Assembly (NCBI RefSeq): GCF_006345805.1
Contig: NW_021828568.1
Coordinates: forward strand, 1-7,922
Direction of reading: 5' to 3'
Length of the DNA stretch: 7,922 bases
Source of the DNA: Octopus sinensis
Lineage: Eukaryota
Within the stretch, counting starts at the first letter, position 1. Every line of letters starts with the position of its first letter. This document shows, piece by piece, positions 1 through 7,922 of the stretch. Below the pieces are notes generated by a model. The model was given only the letters and a program-made list of their open reading frames with translations, made no database searches and was not told where the DNA came from. Made by a program: the position numbers and the translations under genes.

Positions 1-337
1 TAGTGGGGGAACATCATAACTATGTATTCAGAGGATTCTTTGGGGGTTTGAATAATTCACCATTGGAAACAAAGGTGGTACGTTCAACATCCTTAAACAA
101 TCCTTATTTAGGGACATTTTGATTAGAATGAGCGATCTGACCTAAAGGAAATTCTATCTGGGCCCCGCCTGCATAACCATGCGCAATTTAGCTTGATATA
201 AGATCATCATGTCGCGCTCATATGGTTGTGAGGCATGTGCCTAGTGTACCCTTATCAGACGGGTATGCTAGGCTTCGTATATTTTACGCCAGTTTCGCTT
301 TGGTGGCATGGAGTGCTCTCTCACTCAATAATAATAA
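1..337. mobile_element. Probable interspersed repeat fragment (retroposon end) running off the left edge and terminating at an (AAT)n tract
   Basis: Complex sequence without a convincing ORF that ends abruptly in ...ctctctcactc-aataataataa. It resembles, from memory, a high-copy octopus repeat (…GGTGTACCCTTATCAGACGGGTA…CTCTCTCACTCAATAATAAT). Class and orientation were not established. Confidence 0.5.
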
Positions 338-339
338 GA

Positions 340-557
340 ATAATGACAATTATCCCATTTACTAAAGGCACAAGGCCTGAAATATTGTGGGAGGTGACTG
401 GTCGATTACATCGTCCCTCGTGCTCAGTTGGTAATTATTTTATCAAACCTGAAAGGATGAAATGCAAAGTGGACGTCAGCGTTATTTACACCCAAGAGGT
501 AAAGCCGGGCGAAATACTATTAAGCATTTCGTCAGGCGTGCTAACGATTCAGCCATC
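340..557 (-). mobile_element. tRNA-derived SINE, family B, near full-length and diverged
   Basis: The minus strand begins TGGCTGAATCGTTAGC (A-box-like, 540-555). It has an internal hairpin (cgaaat/atttcg, 510-531), a decayed B box (481-493), a body CTTTGCATTTCATCCTTTCAGGTTTGATAAAATAATTACCA and an (ATT)n-like tail. It aligns by eye with the second copy at 6785-6936. Confidence 0.85.
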
Positions 558-750
558 TGAAAGCATTTCTGGACAATATTCCTGATATTGCTATGTTCTC
601 CATAGCACTATTGTTATTAAATCCGTTTAATTTAGCAAAAGGCATTAGATTAAATCCATCGAACAAAGGAGATATGCATTAGATACTTACATACTAAATT
701 CTCAAAGCTGAGCAAAGGGAATTATAAGAGGCATCTTTTCCTATGCTCAC

Positions 751-962
751 CTAATCTTTAGATAAGGAATTTCAAATAATGTTCCCGTTTCATAGATTTC
801 CTGGACAACGCAGATGCATGCACACAGTATTGGTTTGTTCTCGTGGTTAGAAGCCTTCTTGTCAATATGCGGATAACACTTCTCAGATTGGTAGAAGACG
901 TTACATTCGATAAAGTGGTCCCATGGGGCGTTGTCGAAATTGTGGTTAGCTGGAGCCTCGAG
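751..962 (-). CDS. Candidate internal coding exon of unknown product (LEAPANHNFDNAPWDHFIECNVFYQSEKCYPHIDKKASNHENKPILCACICVVQEIYETGTLFEIPYLKI)
   Basis: Acceptor ...ccctgcaacag| and strong donor AG|GTGAGC bound a stop-free 212-nt frame (phase 0 to 2) with a protein-like composition. It is not in the ORF track. No homologue recognised, and the polypyrimidine tract is weak. Confidence 0.3.
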
Positions 963-1009
963 CTGTTGCAGGGATTGTCAAAAACTAACACGAAAACTAC
1001 TTTTTGTAA

Positions 1010-1140
1010 GTGTGTTTGTGTGTATGTGTGTACATACATATACGTGAGTGTGTGTAGTATAACTGCATAATGGATTGTAAGAGCGCATTGGTGATGATGT
1101 GTCCGTATGTGTGTGCGTATATATGTATATGTATGAATAT
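1010..1140. repeat. Degenerate (TG)/(TA) microsatellite
   Basis: gtgtgtttgtgtgtatgtgtg…atatgtatatgtatg, with a short complex interruption. Confidence 0.8.
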
Positions 1141-1240
1141 ATTTTAGCATGTATTTCATAAGAGATGCACCCTTCAACACTAAGTACTCTCTTCCCCACC
1201 ATCTATCTCGTATATATTCATACCTACAATAACAATGGGG

Positions 1241-1346
1241 TATATGTGTGTGTGAGTATATATATATATATATTCATAATGTGTTGACGAGAGTGCATTT
1301 GTTCCCGTATATATATAAATACATATATGAAGTATATATGTATAGA

Positions 1347-1387
<41 letters not shown>

Positions 1388-1610
1388 TATATATAGATAT
1401 ATATATATATTATACATACATATATATATAGTATATATATAATACATATAAATACATATATATATTCCTTCACGAAGAACTAATAGTACTTGCTATTATA
1501 TACATAAATGTACATTTGTAATGTATATACACATACGTAGATACATATATATATATATATAACATATAAAAAATATGTATATATATATATGTGTATACAT
1601 GTATATATTT

Positions 1611-1641
<31 letters not shown>

Positions 1642-1700
1642 CATATACATGTATATATATATATATTTATACATGTACAATTTTGTGTATATCTATGTGT
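1241..1700. repeat. Compound imperfect (TA)n microsatellite blocks with TACATA variants
   Basis: Directly visible. Short complex spacers occur at about 1276-1307 and 1466-1496. Confidence 0.95.
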
Positions 1701-1704
1701 GCTT

Positions 1705-1960
1705 ACCTATGTTTTCCACTAAGTTTTCTTCTTCAACAACAATAGCAAGTCCCTCTCCTTTGTTATATTTCTACCTCCCACTACCGCCCGCCACACTTCC
1801 TCCAACATACTCCATTTTCCTGAACATACTCCATTCATTCGCACATTTTTCTTTTTTATTTATCTATATCCTTATATTTTTATTCCCATATGTTATTATT
1901 ATTTTTTTCTTCTTCTGTTCCTATATTCCTCCTCATCATTCCACTGTTATTGATTTATAA
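1705..1960 (+). repeat. Pyrimidine-rich low-complexity region
   Basis: Strong C/T strand skew, including a small duplication aacatactccatt at about 1804 and 1823. Confidence 0.6.
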
Positions 1961-2166
1961 TTCTTGAAAGAATAAGGAAAAGAATCAAAGCTGGAAGCAC
2001 ACAGAAATGGCTGCCATCAAATTTATGTCTTCCCGTTCAATGCACCTCTCTCACACTGTTCATCATCAACTTGCTTACTTGGCCTTCTTCCACCATATAT
2101 ATCATTGATGCCTTTCAATTCAACTGTCTCTGTATCTATGGCTCTCTCTGTGTCAGTCTCTGCAAG

Positions 2167-2186
2167 TGTGTATGGATATATGTATG

Positions 2187-2226
<40 letters not shown>

Positions 2227-2363
2227 CACACACACACACGCGCACACACACACACACACACATAATATATTATATATATTATATATATATATATGCGCGT
2301 AAGTTTGACCATGTTGTGTGTACGTGTGTATGAGTGTGTGTCTACGCATATATATATATATAC

Positions 2364-2398
<35 letters not shown>

Positions 2399-2626
2399 AC
2401 ATATATATATATATGTGTATAATGTATATATATTTTATTATATATATATATATATACACACACACATATATATATATATATATATGATATTATATATATG
2501 ATATATAGAAATATATGAAATGTATATACAACGTATTTATATATATGTATGTAATTTAACCATACATACATATCCATGTATATATGCATATACATATATA
2601 TGCATATATATATATATATATATATA

Positions 2627-2667
<41 letters not shown>

Positions 2668-2685
2668 TATATTATATATAATATG
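2167..2685. repeat. Long compound (TA)n/(CA)n/(TG)n microsatellite
   Basis: Directly visible. It is the source of the [18 protein letters not shown] ORFs. Confidence 0.95.
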
Positions 2686-2689
2686 GAGT

Positions 2690-3070
2690 GAATGCGAGAA
2701 AGAGAGAATTATTTCTGTGCTTGTGTCTTTGTGATGATTGTGTGTCTATGTGTGTGTGATCACAAGATTATGTATATGAATGTTTTTGTACGTACAGCGG
2801 TAGCGTTTGTGAACGCATATATTTTGTGTTTAGATAGTTTTGTAGATGAAAGTATGCATGAATGGTTTACAGTATGTTAATGCGTAACTGGTGTTATACA
2901 CATGTTCATGAGTTTATGTGTCCATGCATGCATGTGTGTATATGATTATGCATAACTGTGAGCGTGTGATTGAGTGTTTGTGTGGCCGACTGTATGCGCA
3001 TGAGTGCATATGAATGTCTGTTCGTTATGTTAATTCTTGTGATGTATTGTTTGTGCATATAAATGTGTTT
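2690..3070 (+). repeat. Decayed (TG)/(TGCA/TGTA)-rich cryptic simple sequence
   Basis: Persistent TG periodicity with many substitutions. Confidence 0.7.
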
Positions 3071-3489
3071 GTAAGGGTCTCTCCCTGTGAGTTTCTGCAG
3101 ATTAGTTCCTAATTATTTTAATTTATTTAATTAGGCCCGTTTCAAAATATGAAGTAGAATCTTCTCATCGGTCTCTTGCATGGCTAGAATTTATTTCAGC
3201 ATTTTTCGATTTACTTCGATCTCCGTAACTCAAGCACACTAATGGTAACTTCAGACTTGAAATTGCTACCGTTCTTCCAAGGACACAGTCACACTCATCA
3301 ATGATGTTCCTCTGGAAAGCCTATTCTGTGCTATATGTATTGTAGATAAAACGGGGGACAACTGATGGTGGGATTTGCTTTATGTTGCTTGTCTCGTTTC
3401 TCAATTTGATTCTGTCGTTTTTAGAAAAAATTTCGTTTTCCATGTTTGTGCTTTTCATTTTATTCACGCTTTCTTGACGTCCTGTACCC

Positions 3490-3517
3490 ATATATGCATG
3501 TATATATATATATATAA

Positions 3518-3573
<56 letters not shown>

Positions 3574-3574
3574 T
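3490..3574. repeat. (TA)n microsatellite abutting the SINE 3' tail
   Basis: Directly visible. Confidence 0.95.
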
Positions 3575-3984
3575 TATACTATTTACTATTTTACTTGTTT
3601 CAGTCATTTGCCTGCGGCCATGATGTAGCACCGCCTTTGATCGAGCAACTCGACCCTGGGACTTATTCTTTTGCAAGCTCAGTACGTATTCTATCGGCCT
3701 CTTTTTCCGAACCGCTAAGTAACGGGGATATAAACACACCAGCATCGGTTGTCAAGCAATGCTAGGGGGACAAACACAGACACACAAATGCACACACATA
3801 CACATATATATATATATACATATACATATATACGACAGGCTTCTTTCAGTTTCCGTCTACCAAATCCACTCACAAGGCATTGGTCGGCCCGGGGCTATAG
3901 CAGAAGACACTTGCCCAAGTTGCCACGAAGTGGGACTGAACCCGGAACCATGTGGTTGGTTAGCAAGCTACTTACCACACAGCC
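3575..3984 (-). mobile_element. tRNA-derived SINE, family A (CORE-like, octopus OR-type), well-preserved copy with an internal microsatellite
   Basis: On the minus strand: GGCTGTGTGG A box (3975-3984), GGTTCAGTCCC B box (3932-3942), CORE-like CTTGGGCAAGT (3909-3919), internal (TA)/(TG) tract (about 3775-3832) and 3' end CTGAAACAAGTAAAATAGTAAATAG. It is colinear with the copies at 4057-4216 and 6282-6675. The family name is from recall. Confidence 0.93.
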
Positions 3985-4056
3985 GTACATATATGTATGT
4001 ATATATGCATATATGTGGAGGCGCGTGACTCCACAACAATGATAATTATAATAATT

Positions 4057-4216
4057 TATGACAAGCTTCTGTCAGTTTCCGCCTACAAAATCCGCTCTCG
4101 TGATTTCTTTGACAGCTGGAGGCTATTGCAGAAAAAAGATGCCCAAGGTGTCACACGGACTAGTATCGAGCCTGTAATCAGACCATTAGCAACAAATTTC
4201 TTTCCTCATACCAGCG
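4057..4216 (-). mobile_element. Family A SINE, old 5' half only
   Basis: atgacaagcttctgtcagtttccgcctacaaaatcc…ggctattgcagaa…tgcccaaggtgtcac aligns with 3832-3984. The pol III boxes are decayed. Confidence 0.8.
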
Positions 4217-4266
4217 CACATATACACAAACAGATCTCCAACACTCAATTTCCCCAACACCCCACT

Positions 4267-4267
<1 letters not shown>

Positions 4268-4354
<87 letters not shown>

Positions 4355-4467
4355 ATGTCTGTCTGTCTGTCTATCTATTTATCTATCTCTCTCTCTATCT
4401 ATCTATCAATCTATCTATCTACCTGTCTGTCTGTCTGTCTATATATCTATTTATGTATCTATCTATC
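4268..4467 (+). repeat. (TATC)21 perfect tetranucleotide array (GATA on the minus strand) followed by degenerate TCTA/TCTG
   Basis: Perfect from 4268 to 4351, degenerate afterwards. Confidence 0.97.
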
Positions 4468-4475
4468 TTTATACA

Positions 4476-4546
4476 AACACACACACACATAGACACACAC
4501 ACAGACACACACACACACAACACACACACACACACACACACACACA
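4476..4546 (+). repeat. (CA)n microsatellite
   Basis: Directly visible. Confidence 0.95.
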
Positions 4547-4619
4547 TTATATATATGTATATTATGTAAAGTCGCCCATATTATTTATACCTAAGTATAT
4601 AAGCATGTACAACCTCGTT

Positions 4620-4723
4620 ATATAAATATATAATATATATATATATATATTATAATATATATCAAATATATATATATTATATATATTATATATATATATA
4701 TATATAAATATATATATATAATA
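4620..4723. repeat. Imperfect (TA)n microsatellite
   Basis: Directly visible. Confidence 0.95.
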
Positions 4724-4773
4724 TCCGAGTTTCGACCTTCGATAAACATAGTTATCGAAGGTCGAAACTCGGA
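4724..4773. repeat. Perfect inverted repeat with 22-bp arms and a 6-nt spacer
   Basis: tccgagtttcgaccttcgataa (4724-4745), then acatag, then ttatcgaaggtcgaaactcgga (4752-4773). Confidence 0.98.
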
Positions 4774-4821
4774 GGTATGGGCCAGTATAGTTCCGCTGCG
4801 CTCCTCTACGCGAGTGCTTCA

Positions 4822-4855
<34 letters not shown>

Positions 4856-4900
4856 ATATATGTGTGTGTGTGTGTGTGTGTGTGGTGTTGTGTGTGTGTG
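4822..4900. repeat. (TA)n followed by (TG)n microsatellite
   Basis: Directly visible. Confidence 0.95.
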
Positions 4901-5048
4901 TTAGCAAATTTTTCTTATATTTTCTATTCTGGGTTACAATCCTATTACATCATTCACCATACGTTAATATTTATATATTTATTTCTATGCATGGGACTGT
5001 TTCAGATATACTAAATAAAGTAACTGCACAGGTTGTTGATTTACTTAC

Positions 5049-5199
5049 CGGAAATCAAGAACGCGCTTTGCTAATGCTCCAAGTTTCATATTTGATAAAG
5101 CACACGAGTTGCAAATTCTCCAAGATGTTTCTTCATTTACCATTGTCAGATAAGGGCGACACAAATCAAATCGGTAAATATCGCCCCACCGCAACTTAG
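5049..5199 (-). CDS. Weak candidate coding exon of unknown product (xKLRWGDIYRFDLCRPYLTMVNEETSWRICNSCALSNMKLGALAKRVLDFR)
   Basis: Acceptor tcgctttag| and consensus donor CCG|GTAAGT bound a stop-free 151-nt frame. No homologue recognised. Confidence 0.2.
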
Positions 5200-5207
5200 C
5201 TAAAGCG
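5185..5207 (+). repeat. 23-nt direct repeat, copy 1
   Basis: cccaccgcaacttagctaaagcg is 21/23 identical to 6685-6707. Confidence 0.85.
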
Positions 5208-5214
5208 ATACATG

Positions 5215-5298
5215 CTTACATACATATCCATTATATCTTCTATGCATATATACATATGTGTATATTATATATATATTTTACCTATATATATATTATAT

Positions 5299-5349
<51 letters not shown>

Positions 5350-5511
5350 GTATGTATAATATTATATATATACATATAATATATATATAATATATATACA
5401 ATATATATATATTTACATACATATATATATATATATACACGTATATATGTTTATATATATTACATATATGTTTATATATATAACATATACATTGGTTAAC
5501 CTACATATATG

Positions 5512-5580
<69 letters not shown>
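5215..5580. repeat. Long imperfect (TA)n array ending in perfect (TA)33
   Basis: Directly visible. The perfect run is 5513-5578. Confidence 0.97.
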
Positions 5581-5583
<3 letters not shown>

Positions 5584-5749
5584 GAGTAGTTGGTGGAGGT
5601 TCATATTTGAAACATAATATAAATAAATTGAAAGGCGAGAGATTCAATGGATCTAAATTGACCCAAAAGGCCACTTCAGGGGCCATGATGGATCTAAGCT
5701 GTTAGTACAGGTGGTGGTCAAACTCAGCCTAAGGAGTAGATAGCCAGCA

Positions 5750-5970
5750 TATGTATCTATATATGTGTGTGTGGGTGTGTGTGTGTGTGTGACGTTTCCT
5801 TTATCTAAAGCCCTGTAATTTAAGCATATGGCAGATCTAACCAGCTGTTTTAATATCAGCAAGTGTATTTAATTAATTAAAAAGTCTGTGCGCGCGAGTG
5901 TATGTGTATGTGCGTATGTTTGTATGTGCGTGTGTGTGTGTGTGTGTGTATGTGTGAAAGAGAGAGAAAG
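5750..5970 (+). repeat. Two (TG)n microsatellites (about 5750-5790 and 5887-5956) plus short (GA)n
   Basis: Directly visible, with a unique spacer between the tracts. Confidence 0.85.
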
Positions 5971-6281
5971 GGGTGCGGGAGAGACTACTATCATTATGAA
6001 ATGCGGGAAGATTAACGAAATGTGTACAATCATAAACCCAATTAGAAAAACATGTTAATTAAATGGCGTCACCCACATTAGGATTCACCAATTCATACAG
6101 AGAGCGATTAGAGAATATAATCAATATTTTAAAGCTGATTAGAAAAAAAAAAGGCTTTCGATTTTTTTCGTCATTGATAAATCAGTTTCAAGAAATTAAA
6201 CCGTAAAAATATCTATATATGAATGAAATTTTTCGCGAATAAAGATTATCATAAATCGGGGAATTGAAGGACGATTTTGGG

Positions 6282-6675
6282 TTTTATTTCTTTCAGCCAT
6301 GGGACTGTGGCTACGCTGGAGCACTGCCTTGAAGATTTTTATACCTGAACAAATCGAACCTAGTGAATAAATCTATAAAGTCTAGTACTTATTGTAGCGA
6401 TTTCTTTGGTCGAATCAATACATTACTGGGTCGTAAATATACCAACATCGGTTGTCAAGTAGTAGTTCCATAAACACAGACAGACAGACACACACACACA
6501 CAGAATTATATATATATATAAACATATTTTCTGTCTACCAAATTCACACAATGAATTACATCACAGTTCAAGCGCTATAGAAGATATCACTTTCCCAAGG
6601 TATTGTGTAGTGGGATGGAACCCAAAACCAGGTGGTTACTATGTGAAATTCTGAAACATACAGCCAGATGTGCGC
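6282..6675 (-). mobile_element. Family A SINE, full-length and highly diverged
   Basis: Colinear with 3589-3984: tttcagccatgggactgtggctacgctggagcactgcc…catcggttgtcaag…(CA)(TA) tract…gtctaccaaattcac…cccaagg…gtgggatggaaccc…cagcc. Confidence 0.88.
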
Positions 6676-6684
6676 ATGCACATT

Positions 6685-6707
6685 CCCGCCGCAACTTAGG
6701 TAAAGCG
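6685..6707 (+). repeat. 23-nt direct repeat, copy 2
   Basis: cccgccgcaacttaggtaaagcg. Confidence 0.85.
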
Positions 6708-6784
6708 TTTCTATGTGTTAAACTGTTGTTATGGCCCCTGTTGTGTTCGCTCTATGCTCAACACCGAACGTTTATCGAAAGGAA

Positions 6785-6936
6785 TCTTTTTTACTCTCGG
6801 CACAAAGCTCAAAATTTTATGGGTGGGAACCAGTCGATTAGGTTGACACCAGTACACAAGTGCTGCTTAATTTATCGACCCCTGAAAGTATGAAAGGCGA
6901 AGTTGACCTCGGAGGAATTTGAATGTTTATCGTAAG
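6785..6936 (-). mobile_element. Family B SINE, 5'-truncated (A-box region missing)
   Basis: ggcacaaag…gtcgatta…tttatcgacccctgaaagtatgaaaggcgaagttgacctcggaggaatttgaa aligns with 367-490. A B-box remnant TTCAAATTCC lies at 6914-6923. Confidence 0.85.
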
Positions 6937-7922
6937 GAATGATCTGTCTTGGGTTGATACAGTTTGCAAAGGCACCGCCCTACATGTTGCAGGTAGAACG
7001 CAATGAACTGGTATATATATTGTATGATATCTTGACTGATTCCCTTATAGATCGGTCAATCCGCCACCCTAGACCGCTATTTCCTTTCACCGACTCCGAA
7101 AGGATGTAACACAATGTTTCACCTCTGCACTGTAACCACTGCCCCAATTGGTCGCATTCATTTTCCACTTGGTGAACGATCTTTTTTCTTGTGTTTCTCC
7201 TTCGTTTCTTATTATTCGTATAGAAATTGGGTCTCGGGATATTCGTCGTTAATGTCTCTCAATATAATTAGTGTAAAAGTAGTACTTGTTATTTGGCCTA
7301 ATGTGTTTTTTAGGATAACATTAACATGAAATCTACGGTTGTAGCGGGGACATATAATGTTAGACTCAGGACCTGTTATCATCCTTGCTTTCCGTGCAAA
7401 CCACGAAGGTTTCTCCGATCATATTTGATTGTGAGTGCAGTCCTTCAGACTCTTTGCTATTAATTTTTTAATCACACGCCTGTCTGCTCTCCTGAATATT
7501 GAAGTTTTACGGAAGCGAGAGTAAAATCTTGCATGCTATTCTGATAAGCTTTTTTTTTCTGATCAGACATGTCCCTGTTAGCCAGTAATGTCAAACCTAT
7601 TATCTTGGTTGAAACTGAACTCATTGTATTATTTTCCTCTTTATTTTGTTAACTGCACAGTACAGTAGAATCAGTTGGGCACCATCTGTGAGAAAAAACA
7701 TCACCATAACGAAATTTAGCTTGCCAGAAATTTCGAAACAACACACTCTACTGCTGGCCTTCTTGGCTTCCGCGCCGGAAGCTCCAATACGAATATTTCA
7801 AAGTATTTGGGTGTCAATCTCATAACAGTTCAATCTAAGGACATGGACCGATAGTGCTAAATATCAAATATCCACTCAACATCATAACGTTCGGAGTGAT
7901 CACTAGTGATTACAAGGTTATG

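Noticed and set aside
235-585. 116-aa ORF
   Set aside because: It spans two repeats and reads antisense through a SINE.
758-1180. 140-aa minus-strand ORF
   Set aside because: The N-terminal half is microsatellite, and the T/S/R-rich remainder looks like an off-frame reading of the candidate exon.
2079-2159. Possible 81-nt minus-strand exon (ttgcag|…CAA|gtaagc; [26 protein letters not shown])
   Set aside because: Half of it is decayed GA/CA simple repeat and there is no polypyrimidine tract.
1180-2880. ORFs rich in YI/CV/HT repeats
   Set aside because: These are translations of dinucleotide microsatellites, which lack stop codons.
3165-3320. Minus frame AFQRNIIDECDCVLGR…, faintly like a DEG/ENaC cysteine-rich motif
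   Set aside because: Splice signals are poor, the similarity covers only a few residues and the expected Cys spacing is not maintained.
3932-3984. tRNA gene
   Set aside because: The A and B boxes belong to a SINE head, which continues into SINE body sequence without a complete acceptor stem.
3749-4569. Overlapping ORFs of 89-190 aa
   Set aside because: They read through SINEs and (TATC)n (SIYL repeats).
4724-4773. Hammerhead ribozyme, CRISPR repeat or bacterial terminator
   Set aside because: There is no CUGANGA core, no repeat-spacer array and no U-tract, and the context is eukaryotic.
5647-5697. atggatctaa repeated 41 nt apart
   Set aside because: Only 10 nt and two copies, with no third unit or clear extension.
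6603-7329. Three short ORFs of 62-96 aa
   Set aside because: One overlaps two SINEs. The others are short, with no recognisable motifs.
7338-7360. gtagcggggacatataa resembling the window start tagtgggggaacatcataa
   Set aside because: The similarity does not extend downstream.
7650-7660. taactgcacag, also at 5021-5031, looking like a plus-strand acceptor
   Set aside because: An 11-mer match can occur by chance in 8 kb, and the downstream frame has no convincing donor or recognisable product.

Overview
AT-rich eukaryotic non-coding DNA, most likely intronic or intergenic and probably from an octopus or other coleoid cephalopod. That assignment comes from my recall of octopus SINE consensus sequences and from the very dense compound microsatellites; it was not database-checked. 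The window holds five copies of two tRNA-headed SINE families, all on the minus strand (family A at 3575-3984, 4057-4216 and 6282-6675; family B at 340-557 and 6785-6936). It also holds a probable further interspersed repeat at the left edge and many (TA)n/(CA)n/(TG)n/(TATC)n tracts. Almost all supplied ORFs are artefacts of microsatellites or SINEs. Two unique-sequence islands have open frames bounded by splice signals and are low-confidence candidate exons. The most notable unexplained structures are a perfect 22-bp-stem hairpin (4724-4773) inside a roughly symmetric microsatellite arrangement and a 23-nt near-identical direct repeat (5185/6685). I see no convincing novel multi-gene system.
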